From Desulfobacterales bacterium (GTDB taxonomy: Bacteria > Desulfobacterota > Desulfobacteria > Desulfobacterales > Desulfosalsimonadaceae): a stretch of 64,000 bases of DNA. A program made the position numbers and the translations under genes. Positions 1 through 9,738 of this stretch are shown here, piece by piece. Numbering within the stretch: the stretch's first letter is position 1; every line of letters starts with the position of its first letter. The notes under the pieces were generated by a model, which saw only the letters and a list, made by a program, of their open reading frames with translations, did no database searches and had not been told where the DNA came from. The stretch is from contig JAXHNP010000005.1 in NCBI GenBank assembly GCA_034520365.1, positions 6,474-70,473 on the forward strand, read 5' to 3'.

Positions 1-465
1 CATGACGATAAGCACCGGCGCCAGGATATCATGGATCAGGCGCCAGGCCTCGAACTGCAGCTTTAACCGGTATGAATAAAGACTGATGGCGATATTGGCC
101 AAAAGCAGCAGCAGGCCGATCTTTCCCAGCCAAATGAACCAGGGCTGATCCAGCGAAATCAATAGATCCACGCGGCCCGAGCCGGCGGCCAGAAGCAGCG
201 GATGCAGCACCAGAAAGGCGACGGCCGTCATTCCCATGTATTTGTGAAACCGGAGCAGAATATCCAGGCCGAACGGGCGTTCGATCCATTTAATCCGGGC
301 GGCCAGCAGCACCTGGCCGAAAATGAGCATAAACGCCGCAAGCGCCGTATTTCGGCCCAGTTCATAGACGATCCCCTGGGTAACCCCGCCCGCGATCGTG
401 ACGATCACCATCGGAAGAATGATGATACCGATATAAAGCAGTATCCGAGATACTCCCCCAACCAT
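1..465 (-). CDS. Ferric-reductase-like transmembrane domain protein, N-terminal part (CDS runs off the left edge)
   Basis: Absent from the ORF track because it has no stop in the window. Hand translation from ATG 465-463 gives MVGGVSRILLYIGIIILPMVIVTIAGG...RFHKYMGMTAVAFLVLHPLLLAAG.... It has several TM helices and an H-x13-H pair typical of FRD/Nox-type haem-binding membrane domains. The frame stays open to nt 1. Confidence 0.55.
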   Translation of the reverse strand, partial: MVGGVSRILLYIGIIILPMVIVTIAGGVTQGIVYELGRNTALAAFMLIFGQVLLAARIKWIERPFGLDILLRFHKYMGMTAVAFLVLHPLLLAAGSGRVDLLISLDQPWFIWLGKIGLLLLLANIAISLYSYRLKLQFEAWRLIHDILAPVLIVM

Positions 466-497
466 AAAGACTCCTCTTCCTCTTTTACGAACTGACT

Positions 498-1307
498 CTA
501 TTCAGAGGACCACGGACTTCGAAAATCCGGGTAAAGCGTCAGCCCGCCGTCCACATAAAGGGTCTGCCCGGTGATATAGGCGGCGTCATCCGAGGCCAGA
601 AAGGCAGCCGCAGCCCCCATTTCATCAGCTTCACCCGCCCGGCCCATGGGAATGTGGCTGAGCACCTGATCCCGCTTGTCCGGATCATCCACCCAAGCGC
701 GGTTGATGGGCGTAATCGTGGCGCCCGGGGCCACCGCATTGACCCGGATGCCGCGGTCGGCAAACTCAAGAGCCAGGGTGCGCGTCAGGTTCTGCATCCC
801 GCCCTTGCTCATTGAGTAGCCGAGATAACGGGGCTTGGGGATTACCTGGTGCACACTGGATATATTGATAATCACGCCGGGTTTGCCGGTATCCAAAAAA
901 TGGCGGATGGCCTCCTGTGCGCAGTAAACCGCACCCTTGAGGTTCACATCCAGAACCGCCGCGATGTTTTCCGGCTTTGCCGCATCCGAGTTTTCGGATA
1001 TCTGAATGCCCGCATTGTTGATCAGCACATCAATGCCCCCCAGGCTGTCAACAGCAGTGGCAAACATGGCCGCCACCTGGTCCGGACTGGCGACATCCGC
1101 CTGGACGAGCGCGTCGCGGACGCCCTGCTGATTAACCTTGTTGACGCAGTCTTGGATCTGCTGTTCGGTTTCGGCGGCTTCTTCCGGCTGCTTGCGGTAA
1201 TTAATGGCGATATTGGTCCCGTATTCCGAAAACCGGACGGCGATGGCCTGTCCGATGCCCGAGGTGCCGCCGGTAACCAGCACGTTTTTCCCTTTGAGTC
1301 CCCGCAT
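498..1307 (-). CDS. Short-chain dehydrogenase/reductase (glucose 1-dehydrogenase-like)
   Basis: TGGTSGIGQAIA cofactor motif, NNAG, and YSMSKGG (YxxxK). Start trimmed to ATG 1307 (MRGLKGK), which follows a GAGGGG Shine-Dalgarno-like run. Confidence 0.9.
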   Translation of the reverse strand: MRGLKGKNVLVTGGTSGIGQAIAVRFSEYGTNIAINYRKQPEEAAETEQQIQDCVNKVNQQGVRDALVQADVASPDQVAAMFATAVDSLGGIDVLINNAGIQISENSDAAKPENIAAVLDVNLKGAVYCAQEAIRHFLDTGKPGVIINISSVHQVIPKPRYLGYSMSKGGMQNLTRTLALEFADRGIRVNAVAPGATITPINRAWVDDPDKRDQVLSHIPMGRAGEADEMGAAAAFLASDDAAYITGQTLYVDGGLTLYPDFRSPWSSE

Positions 1308-1317
1308 TTTTTCCCCT

Positions 1318-2727
1318 CTAATACTGCTCCCCCACCCGGATCGCACATCCGATCACATCACTGTCTGTTTCAAATGCAAGTGGCGCCAGCTTTTCCGGTG
1401 ATTGAAGAATGGAAAAGGCCGCGACATAGCCCGCGCAGGTCCATGTCTGGTAGCACCGGGCTTCCCGGCCCACCAGGCGGCTTTTTCTGCCGTCGTAATA
1501 TTCCGGCCATTCGTCGGCTTCCAGGCGCTTTTCCGCAATTTCCAGGGCGCTCCGGCAATCCTCTGCTCTGCCGGCTTTAACCCCGGCCGCCGCCAAAAGC
1601 CACAGCAAAAAGGGCCAGGCACCGCCGTTGTGATACGACCAGGAAATGTTTTTCAAATCAGACCCGGTCACGGCCTCCCAATGGGTTCCTGTGATGGCCG
1701 GATAGCAGACTTTAACCGGCATATGTCCGATCAGGTCCGCCCACCGGGCCTGGAAAAGATTCATCACCGCATCCGCTTTTTCCGAATCCGCTAGGGATGA
1801 AATCACCGCCATGAGATTGCCCGCGGTAAAAAACCGGAAATCCATCCGGCCCGGCCCCAGGTTGCCGGCAAAATAGCCCGCCTCCGCGGGCAGCCATTCA
1901 AACAGCCAGTCCGGGATGGAATCCGGATAGATATTGAACTGATTGACCGTGTCCGCGCCGTAGCCTTCCACCGCGTAGCGGTACATGGCAGAAAGCTGGC
2001 GGAAATCCATCCAGTAATTATTGCGGATGTGATAGGTCAAATGCCCCAACCGCTCCCGGACGGCTTCCGCATAGACCTCGTTTTCCGCATCATCTGCTTC
2101 CAAAAGCTCCCGGGCCGCGCGCAAAGCCATGTAAAATAGGGCCTGAATATCCATGGGATAGCCGTATACGCCCATGCGGCGGTCGATCATGAATGAACCG
2201 TCCGGCACAAACAGGGTGGGGAACATATCAAACCGGTTGGTAAGGGCCAGTTCCAGTATCAGCCGGATGGCCCGCTGAAATTCCGGGCGGCTTGAAAGCT
2301 CCCGGTCGCCGGTCGCACTCACATAAACCCGCAGGATATAGAGCCACCAGAATCCGGAATCTACGGGCGCCACCCGGGCAATCGCCTTTTCCCCGAAATC
2401 CGGGATGAGGTGCTCTTTCCCGGACGCATCCGTGTCCACCTTGAAGCTTGCCGGCATCAAACCTTCCCCGGCCCGGAAGCAGTCCAACTGCTTTTCCCGG
2501 CTCTGCAGCTCCACCGCAATGGAGAGGAAGTTTTTCACAACATCCGCTCTGCCGTTTAAGAGAAAGGCAATGGCGGATACGGCAAAATCCCGGGTGAACA
2601 CCTGGTCGTAATTCAATGCCGAAACCGCCGGATCCCTTGCCGCCACTGTGCCCACGGGTTTTCCATCATAGGCGACGACCGCATCTTCCAGTATGCGCCA
2701 CGCCTTATTGAAAAGCTCCGTATCCAT
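1318..2727 (-). CDS. GH100 alkaline/neutral invertase-like glycoside hydrolase
   Basis: Signature blocks NYDQVFTRDF and YHNGGAWPFLLW, as in cyanobacterial/plant neutral invertases. 469 aa. Confidence 0.8.
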   Translation of the reverse strand: MDTELFNKAWRILEDAVVAYDGKPVGTVAARDPAVSALNYDQVFTRDFAVSAIAFLLNGRADVVKNFLSIAVELQSREKQLDCFRAGEGLMPASFKVDTDASGKEHLIPDFGEKAIARVAPVDSGFWWLYILRVYVSATGDRELSSRPEFQRAIRLILELALTNRFDMFPTLFVPDGSFMIDRRMGVYGYPMDIQALFYMALRAARELLEADDAENEVYAEAVRERLGHLTYHIRNNYWMDFRQLSAMYRYAVEGYGADTVNQFNIYPDSIPDWLFEWLPAEAGYFAGNLGPGRMDFRFFTAGNLMAVISSLADSEKADAVMNLFQARWADLIGHMPVKVCYPAITGTHWEAVTGSDLKNISWSYHNGGAWPFLLWLLAAAGVKAGRAEDCRSALEIAEKRLEADEWPEYYDGRKSRLVGREARCYQTWTCAGYVAAFSILQSPEKLAPLAFETDSDVIGCAIRVGEQY

Positions 2728-2731
2728 AAAG

Positions 2732-3367
2732 CTATAAGGCCCTCACCACCGCCCTTACCGGGGCGCCGTCGCTTTCTGCCAGCCGGATGGGCAGACAGAT
2801 CATTTCATAGTTACCGGGCGAAACGGCGTCCATGTAAAGCCCTTCAATTACCCAGATACCGGCCCCGAGCAGCGCCCGGTGCGCTTCGGCCTCGTTTTTG
2901 CCATACCCGGCGACAGACAGGTAATCCACACCGATGGTCCGAACCCTGCTTTCGGCCAGAAAGCGGGCGGCATCTGTTTCCAGGTAAACAAAGTCGGCTG
3001 TAAACGGCTCATCCGGCCAGTTTCGGGTCGAATTACGGGTTTTAAACAAAATCCGCTCGCCTGGCAGAATATTTTCTTCTGCCAGGACTTCCTCCCGGAC
3101 TAATTCCGGGTCGGTGATCTCTATAACCCGGGCCGGCCCGATCAATGCGGAAAACGGGATTTCCTCAATACTTTTTCCGTTTTCATAGAAATGCAGCGGC
3201 GCGTCCACATGGGTCCCGGAATGGGCGCTCATATTGATTTGGGTAAGATTTGCGCCGTCGCCGTTTTCCATATCCGAGACCCGTGTAATGCGCACCGGCG
3301 GATCCCCCGGCCAGGAGGCCATACCGGTGCGCAGCGGGACTGAAATGTCAATCCATTCGGACATCAC
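2732..3367 (-). CDS. Cyclase-family protein (kynurenine formamidase-like)
   Basis: HSGTHVDAPLHF matches the HxGTHxDxPxH metal-binding motif of the putative cyclase family. About 210 aa. Confidence 0.8.
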   Translation of the reverse strand: MMSEWIDISVPLRTGMASWPGDPPVRITRVSDMENGDGANLTQINMSAHSGTHVDAPLHFYENGKSIEEIPFSALIGPARVIEITDPELVREEVLAEENILPGERILFKTRNSTRNWPDEPFTADFVYLETDAARFLAESRVRTIGVDYLSVAGYGKNEAEAHRALLGAGIWVIEGLYMDAVSPGNYEMICLPIRLAESDGAPVRAVVRAL

Positions 3368-3370
3368 GGA

Positions 3371-3874
3371 CTACTTCGGCTCGGTCACCACGTAGTCGCC
3401 GCCGCCCATTGATTCGTGGCAGGAAATGCAGCCCGCGACCTTGCCGGCCTTCATGACGCTGCCGTCCGACCCCAGTTTCGCCCAGTGCCAGTCATCGGCA
3501 TTGGGATCATACCCGGCGGCCTTGTACATGGTGGTAATGGCCATCAAGGACTTCTTGTCCTTGCCATAATTTTCCTTGACCAGTATCGCCCCGTCCGGCA
3601 TGGGCTCACCGTTTTTGGCCGCCTGATAGGCCGCATCATTGGCATAGAGCTTCAAATACGCCCCGTGCGGGCTTTGTCCCGGATACATCCCTTCATAACC
3701 CGGAAAGAATTTCCAATCCGTGTAGTCATGGGTCTTTGTAATGTAGCTCCATACAGAATCCGCATCCGGAGACGGCATGCCGCCGCCGGTATGGGCGGTG
3801 TTCTGGAAGGCAAGCACCGCAAAACCGGCCATAAAAATAACAGCAAGTACAGAGATTTTCTTTTTCATGATCAT
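3371..3874 (-). CDS. Cytochrome P460-family haem protein, secreted
   Basis: N-terminal signal peptide (MKKKISVLAVIFMAGFAVLAF) and a single CISCH haem-c motif near the C-terminus. The size (about 165 aa) and the PDGAILVKENY block resemble P460 / cytochrome c-prime-beta proteins. Confidence 0.65.
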   Translation of the reverse strand: MIMKKKISVLAVIFMAGFAVLAFQNTAHTGGGMPSPDADSVWSYITKTHDYTDWKFFPGYEGMYPGQSPHGAYLKLYANDAAYQAAKNGEPMPDGAILVKENYGKDKKSLMAITTMYKAAGYDPNADDWHWAKLGSDGSVMKAGKVAGCISCHESMGGGDYVVTEPK

Positions 3875-3920
3875 ACCTCCTTTAGTTTAGACTCTCTCGG
3901 GCTATCAGTTTTAGGCGGGG

Positions 3921-5297
3921 CTATTCCAGCGGCTCCATCTGACCCAGCACCGTGGGGACCAGTTCCGAAACCGTGGGATGAATGTGCACCGCCCGTTGAA
4001 CAACCTTATAAGATACATCCGCATACATGATATCCGTTATCAAATGTATCGCCTCATCCCCGCCGACGCCTAATATGGCGGCGCCGAGGATTTTTTCCGT
4101 TTCCGCATCCACGAGTACCTTAATAAAGCCGCGAGTATCCCCTTTTGCCTGAGCGCGGTTAACCCGGGTCATCGGGCGTTTGCCGACCAGCGCTTTTCGG
4201 CCCGAATCCCGGACCTGCTGCTCGGTCATACCCACACGGCCTAAAGGCGGTTCGGTATAAAGCGCGTAAGTGGGGATTCGGTCGGTCACACGCCGGGGAT
4301 CACTGTCCAGCAGGTTGGCTGATACGATTTCGCTGTCATTGTAGGCCGTATGTGTAAATGCGCCTTGGCCGTTGCAGTCGCCCAGCGCCCAGATGCCGGC
4401 CACAGATGTGCGAAGCTGGTCATCCACCACAACATAGCCCCGCTCATCAAGTTCCAGCCTGACTTTTTCGCCGCCCAGGTCATCCGTGTTGGGCCTGCGG
4501 CCGACGGCGACCAGCAGGTGCGAGCCATTCACCTCTTTTCCCCCGTTTCGACAATCAAGCTGAAGGGAAACCTCGTCTCCCTTTTTGCCGACCCCGATGC
4601 ATTCGGCGTTCAACCGGACGTTCACGCCTTCCCCGGCAAGAATGTCATGCACGGCATCCGACACATCCTTATCTTCACGGCCGATCAGCCTCGGGCCTTT
4701 TTCGATCACGGTCACTTCGCTGCCGAAACGGCGAAACATCTGGGCGAATTCCAGGCCCACGTAGCTGCCGCCGATGATCACCAGGTGCGCGGGCAGCTCT
4801 TCCAGCCGCATCATGTCCGAATTGGTCAGATAATCCACTTCCGAAAGGCCCGGCAGTGGAGGGACAAAGGCCCGGGCCCCGACATTGATAAATATCTTAT
4901 CCGCGCTCAGACGCTGTTCACCGACCCTTACGGTGCGGGTATCTTCAAACCGGGCGTGCCCCTTGTAAACGCTCAGGTTCGGCAGATCCGTCATCCACTG
5001 CGGAATCTGATCGTTTGTCGTACCCACGATGGCGTCTTTTCTCGCCTTGACCTGTTTCAAATCCACCCGGACATCGCCATTCACCGTCACCCCGTAATCC
5101 GCGGCGTGCCTGGCCATATGGGCGGCCTTTGCGCTGGCGATCATGGTTTTGGTGGGGATGCACCCCGTGTTCACGCAGGTGCCGTAAAAAAGGTGGCGCT
5201 CTATGATGGCGGTCCGATACCCCGCCTGTGTCAGCCGCACGGCTAGCGCAGGCCCCGCCTGACCGGTCCCGATAATGATGGCGTCAAACTGCTCCAT
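3921..5297 (-). CDS. Class I pyridine nucleotide-disulfide oxidoreductase (mercuric-reductase-like core, no NmerA domain)
   Basis: GTGQAGP FAD fold, redox-active CVNTGCIPTK, second Rossmann IIGGSYVGLEFA, and a C-terminal dimerisation region ending HIHPTVSE. Confidence 0.85.
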   Translation of the reverse strand: MEQFDAIIIGTGQAGPALAVRLTQAGYRTAIIERHLFYGTCVNTGCIPTKTMIASAKAAHMARHAADYGVTVNGDVRVDLKQVKARKDAIVGTTNDQIPQWMTDLPNLSVYKGHARFEDTRTVRVGEQRLSADKIFINVGARAFVPPLPGLSEVDYLTNSDMMRLEELPAHLVIIGGSYVGLEFAQMFRRFGSEVTVIEKGPRLIGREDKDVSDAVHDILAGEGVNVRLNAECIGVGKKGDEVSLQLDCRNGGKEVNGSHLLVAVGRRPNTDDLGGEKVRLELDERGYVVVDDQLRTSVAGIWALGDCNGQGAFTHTAYNDSEIVSANLLDSDPRRVTDRIPTYALYTEPPLGRVGMTEQQVRDSGRKALVGKRPMTRVNRAQAKGDTRGFIKVLVDAETEKILGAAILGVGGDEAIHLITDIMYADVSYKVVQRAVHIHPTVSELVPTVLGQMEPLE

Positions 5298-5644
5298 TGC
5301 TCCCCCTCGAGCGTTTTATTGGATCGATCATCAAGGATAAATCTTTGCTGCTGTAAATATCGGTAATCCCAAACATTAAAAATGCAATGCCTATGGGAGA
5401 AAATGAATACTATTTGCAGTTATATGGCTCATCAGATGGCTCTCAAAAACAATAACGTGATTGTATACCTGAGATTAATCATCGCGCCAGAAATTACCAA
5501 TATTTTAGAATCATTTTTCCAAAAAAATATATAACAAGCTAAAAAATCGATAAATAATAAATATCCATAATTGACAGGCCAAATGTTTTTCGCGTGAACA
5601 ATAGTCTATTGACAATTACGTAAGCGTATGCTTAATTTTAAGAT

Positions 5645-6124
5645 ATGGAACATACAACAAACAAACATCTAAATCAAATTGGGGAAATTGCGGAAAAAGC
5701 CGGTGTTACGCCCCGGACCGTCAGGTATTACATGGAAGAAGGGTTTATTGAACCCGCGGGAAGGAGTGCCGGCGGATTCTACTTGTTTACCCCGGAGACC
5801 GCGGAAACCGTTTTCCTCGTGCAGAGACTGAAAGACGCCGGACTGGCGTTAAAGGACATTAAAGCCATTTACCGGGCCCGGCAAAACGGACAGACCGGGA
5901 GCGAGGCGTACAGAGAAGTCTTCGCCCATCTTAAAAAACAAAAGGCATTGGTTGAACAGAAAATCGCGGACTACCGGCAGCTGAAGGCGGAAATCGAGGA
6001 AGCGATGGAAATGGTGGCCCACTGCGACGGCTGCCAGCTTAAACCAACGCGCGAAAACTGTGCATCCTGTCCAGTAGTGAAAAACGCAAAAAAAATCCCG
6101 CTTCCGGTAAAGGCCATCTTATGA
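5645..6124 (+). CDS. MerR-family transcriptional regulator with Cys-rich C-terminus
   Basis: HTH IGEIAEKAGVTPRTVRYYMEEG, a coiled-coil region, and C-terminal HCDGCQLKPTRENCASCP. Divergent from the flavoprotein operon. Confidence 0.85.
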   Translation: MEHTTNKHLNQIGEIAEKAGVTPRTVRYYMEEGFIEPAGRSAGGFYLFTPETAETVFLVQRLKDAGLALKDIKAIYRARQNGQTGSEAYREVFAHLKKQKALVEQKIADYRQLKAEIEEAMEMVAHCDGCQLKPTRENCASCPVVKNAKKIPLPVKAIL

Positions 6125-6195
6125 CTCCCGGGAGCAGAATAAGGCGTTAAATCTTTTTTACCGTCGTCGGTATCAAGACGATTTTTATTCGGCTA

Positions 6196-6237
6196 TCGAA
6201 ATCTTTGGGGCTATTTCCCCAATAGCCCCAATTTCGA
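6196..6237 (+). terminator. Compound GC-rich hairpin downstream of the MerR gene (possible terminator; no clear U-tract)
   Basis: TCGAAAT(6196-6202)...GGGGCTATT(6207-6215) tcccc AATAGCCCC(6221-6229) a ATTTCGA(6231-6237). This is a 9 bp perfect inner stem plus a 7 bp outer stem. Confidence 0.35.
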
Positions 6238-6397
6238 GCATATTTGCCAACGCATCTCCCCTCACCATTTTTTCAACTTGACGCTTTTCACACAATTCTC
6301 TATTTTTACGGATCTTGAAGATTTACGGATTTTTGGAAGATTTAACAAGCTATGTAATCAAGGGCTCATTTGAGAGCCTCGCTGAATTTAGAGAATA

Positions 6398-7288
6398 ATG
6401 AACGCCTTTTATCGCAACTGGTTTCTTGCCAGCCGGCCGTGGTCCTTTATCATGACCGCCATCTCTATCGGGGTGGGCGGCGCGATTGCTGCCATTGACG
6501 GCCATTTTTTCTGGGGGCTTTTCGGGCTGACGCTTCTGGGCGGGGTCTTTCTGCATGCGGCCACCAACCTGATCAATGACTACTACGACGTCCGAAGCGG
6601 GGTCGATACCGTGGATGTCTCAACCGCCATATACCGGCCCCATCCCCTGGTGGAGGGAAAAATCCTGGCATCCAGCGTGCACATGGCCGCCTATATTCTC
6701 TTTTTCGCGGGCGCGGTCATCGGTTTTTGGCTGGCCGCCACCCGGGGCTGGCCGATTCTTATCATCGGCGCGGTCGGCGTTGCCGCCAGCATCGCCTACA
6801 CAGCCCCGCCGATCAGCTATAAATACATCGGCCTTGGGGAGTTCTCCGTCTTTCTGATGTGGGGGCCGCTGATGGTTGAAGGCACCTATTATGTGCAGCA
6901 GCAGGCCTTTAGTTCTGAGGCGCTCTGGATCAGCATTCCCTTCGGCGTGATCGTGGCCCTGGTGCTGCTGGCCAATAACCTGCGTGATATCGCGCACGAC
7001 AAAAGCCGCCATATCCGAACCATCGCTATTGTCCTGGGCGCACAAAAAGGCTTCTATCTTTATACCGGTTTGGTCTGCCTGGCCTATGCCTGCATTCTGC
7101 TGCTGATTATCGCCGGAGTGCTGTCTTTTTGGTCTTTGATTGTCTTTCTCTCCCTGCCGATTGCGGTCAAGCTACTTCGCCTTATGCGGGAAAAGATCCC
7201 TGATGATGCCGATGCCCGGACCGCGCAGCTGGATACGGCATTCGGCATACTGCTCCTTATCTCCCTGGTTCTGGAGGCCCTGATTTGA
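6398..7288 (+). CDS. menA: UbiA-family prenyltransferase, MenA-like (1,4-dihydroxy-2-naphthoate prenyltransferase)
   Basis: Polytopic membrane protein. NLINDYYDVRSGVDT resembles the MenA NxxxDxxxG.D motif. Confidence 0.6.
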   Translation: MNAFYRNWFLASRPWSFIMTAISIGVGGAIAAIDGHFFWGLFGLTLLGGVFLHAATNLINDYYDVRSGVDTVDVSTAIYRPHPLVEGKILASSVHMAAYILFFAGAVIGFWLAATRGWPILIIGAVGVAASIAYTAPPISYKYIGLGEFSVFLMWGPLMVEGTYYVQQQAFSSEALWISIPFGVIVALVLLANNLRDIAHDKSRHIRTIAIVLGAQKGFYLYTGLVCLAYACILLLIIAGVLSFWSLIVFLSLPIAVKLLRLMREKIPDDADARTAQLDTAFGILLLISLVLEALI

Positions 7289-7911
7289 GCACATCGCCAT
7301 TTAACTGGAAACCGGTCGCCGGCACCGTACTTTTGGCAGCCGGCCTCTGGTTTGTCACCTTCTACCTGGACTGGGGGGTGTTCTGGTTCAAGATTTCTGT
7401 ATCCGCGCTGCTGCTGGCCGCGCTCTCCTTTCTGCTCCAGCCGAGGGGGGCGTTCCGGTTTTCGCTGAACCTTAAATCCATCGGCCTGGGGCTTTTCTCC
7501 GCCATCCTGCTCTATCTCATATTCTGGGCGGGCAAATCCGTCTCCACCATGATCTTTCCGTTTGCCGGCGATCAGATCGGCGCCATCTACGGCAAGGGTG
7601 AAGGCACGCCGGTATGGGTGATTTCTTTATTACTCTTTTTTGTGACCGGCCCATGCGAGGAGATTTACTGGCGGAATTTTCTTCAGAAAAAACTCATGCT
7701 CCGATTCGGCGGCTTAGGCGGCTGGCTTCTGGCCACCCTCCTCTATGCAGGCGTGCACATCTGGTCGTTCAACTTCATGCTGACCGGGGCGGCGGCGGTG
7801 GCCGGCGCCTTCTGGGGGGCCATGTACTGGCGGCTAAATGACATTTCGCCGGTCATTATCTCGCACGCCATCTGGAGTACGTTTATCTTCGCGGTTATGC
7901 CGATTCCTTAA
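7285..7911 (+). CDS. CPBP-family intramembrane metalloprotease (CAAX protease/Abi-like)
   Basis: EExxxR motif (CEEIYWRNF) and later His motifs (GVHIWSFN, SHAIWS). ATGA start/stop overlap with the upstream gene. Confidence 0.8.
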   Translation: MSTSPFNWKPVAGTVLLAAGLWFVTFYLDWGVFWFKISVSALLLAALSFLLQPRGAFRFSLNLKSIGLGLFSAILLYLIFWAGKSVSTMIFPFAGDQIGAIYGKGEGTPVWVISLLLFFVTGPCEEIYWRNFLQKKLMLRFGGLGGWLLATLLYAGVHIWSFNFMLTGAAAVAGAFWGAMYWRLNDISPVIISHAIWSTFIFAVMPIP

Positions 7912-9065
7912 GTCGAAGTCTTCCGAAGCCCGATATAGACGGTAAACACCAGCGGCAGCAGGGAGACGGCGGCACCGGCAAAAAATGAAGTGCGGACGAC
8001 GGCATCCTTTACAAAAAGGGCGAAAAACGGCGGGGAGACGGTCTGGCCCAGATATATCAAAAGCGTAAACACGGAAAGCACCCCGGCCCGCAGCTCCGTT
8101 GAAACCAGCCCGGCGGCGGCCGTGTTGAGCGTCGGCATAAGCGTGCCGAAGCCAAGCCCCCAGACGCCCATGCAGAGCAGCAGCACCGAATAGCTGTCCG
8201 CAAACCCCACCAGTAAATGGCTCAGCCCGCAGCCGATAAAACCTAAAAACACTCGCCACGCTTCTGAAAGAACCCCGCTCAACCGTCCGCTCTGGGAGGC
8301 AGTTAGTGCCGAGACCCCGGCGGCCGAAGATATGGCGAGGCCAGAGTGCAGCGTGCTAAGCCCGAACTGCTGAACCACCAATATCGGCATGTACACCACA
8401 ATCCCATAGAGGAGCACAAACCCTATAAAATTTGAAAAAAACAGCCATATGGCGCGGGCATTGGCCAAGGCACGCATGGCCTTCACCATATACTGCTGGG
8501 TTTTTCCGCTGCCTGCCGGCTCTTTTAACTTCCAGGCGGCAAGCAGGGATAGAAAAATGGCCATGGCATGGATATAGAAAGGCAGAAACCATGCCATAGT
8601 GGCGATGGCGCCGGAGATGAACGGCACCGTAGCATTGGTCAGCGACTGCACGGTGACCCGATAGCCCATGGCCCGGCTTCGCTCCGGCTCCTGATACATA
8701 TCCCCGATGGCGGCCACCACCGTATTCATCATCCCGCCCACGCCGATGCCCTGAAGTGCCCGCCAGACAAGCACCAGCCAGAAGGATCGGGTAAATGAAA
8801 TCAGCAGACCGCCCACGCCGAAAAGCATGACCGCCGGGACAATAACGTTTTTTCTGCCGAACCGGTCCGCCACCGGCCCCAGCAGCGGCGTTGCCACCAT
8901 GGCACAAAAGGTGTAGGCGCTCAAGGCCAGACCAATGTTTTTGCTGGTCGCCCCCTCAAGGGCCAGCATCTCCGGCAGAATAGGCCCGACCAGGCTGCCG
9001 CCGGTGACCGCAAACATCACTACGGCCAGAAGGATCAATAGGTTCGGATCTCTTAAAATGCGCAT
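7908..9065 (-). CDS. MFS transporter
   Basis: About 12 predicted TM helices. GPVADRFGRKN loop motif between TM2 and TM3. Confidence 0.85.
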   Translation of the reverse strand: MRILRDPNLLILLAVVMFAVTGGSLVGPILPEMLALEGATSKNIGLALSAYTFCAMVATPLLGPVADRFGRKNVIVPAVMLFGVGGLLISFTRSFWLVLVWRALQGIGVGGMMNTVVAAIGDMYQEPERSRAMGYRVTVQSLTNATVPFISGAIATMAWFLPFYIHAMAIFLSLLAAWKLKEPAGSGKTQQYMVKAMRALANARAIWLFFSNFIGFVLLYGIVVYMPILVVQQFGLSTLHSGLAISSAAGVSALTASQSGRLSGVLSEAWRVFLGFIGCGLSHLLVGFADSYSVLLLCMGVWGLGFGTLMPTLNTAAAGLVSTELRAGVLSVFTLLIYLGQTVSPPFFALFVKDAVVRTSFFAGAAVSLLPLVFTVYIGLRKTST

Positions 9066-9078
9066 GGATTCATCCAGC

Positions 9079-9645
9079 CTAACGGATCAAACACATCCGG
9101 TAGTTATCCAGTTCCCTATCGACCTGCCGGGCGCTTGGTACGTATTTTTCAAGCTCCGCCCAGAAGGCGGGGCTGTGGTTTTTAATCCGGGTATGCACCA
9201 GTTCATGCAAAATGGCGTAATCCATCAGGTGATCGGGCAGGCGCACCAGGTTGACGTTTAAATTGATGTTGTTTTGATGGGAACAGCTCCCCCAGCGAGT
9301 TTTCTGGTTCCGCACGAATGCCTTATGAAAGGAAAATCCATATTGGTCAACCAGCTCATGCAGCCTGTCGATAATCCGCCGGCGGGCTGCCTGGCGGTTT
9401 ATCGGCGCGGTCCGATTCAGATAATCGGCCATTTCTTCATCAGACTGGACCCTTGAAAGGTGCTTGCAAATCCATTCCTTTTTGGATTCAGCAAAGGCTT
9501 TGGCCGCCTGAAACGACATGCCCCTGGGCACCGCCACCCGGACCCCCCTTAGCGGCCGCACGGAAATGTTCACATACTTGGCCCGCTTGCTGCGTTCAAG
9601 CAGAATTTCGCCCACGCCTTTTAAATTAACGGTTTTTGATTCCAT
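9079..9645 (-). CDS. M48/DUF45 (YgjP-like) metallohydrolase
   Basis: HELVH zinc motif in ILHELVHTRIKNHSPAFW. The size and layout are typical of DUF45. Confidence 0.8.
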   Translation of the reverse strand: MESKTVNLKGVGEILLERSKRAKYVNISVRPLRGVRVAVPRGMSFQAAKAFAESKKEWICKHLSRVQSDEEMADYLNRTAPINRQAARRRIIDRLHELVDQYGFSFHKAFVRNQKTRWGSCSHQNNINLNVNLVRLPDHLMDYAILHELVHTRIKNHSPAFWAELEKYVPSARQVDRELDNYRMCLIR

Positions 9646-9738
9646 GGCGCCCTTTTTATATAAAGGAAGGTTTTTTGGTTAAATTAAGATTAAGATTATG
9701 ACGGCTGGTGGCATAAACCGATTTTTCCGAAGCTTTAC

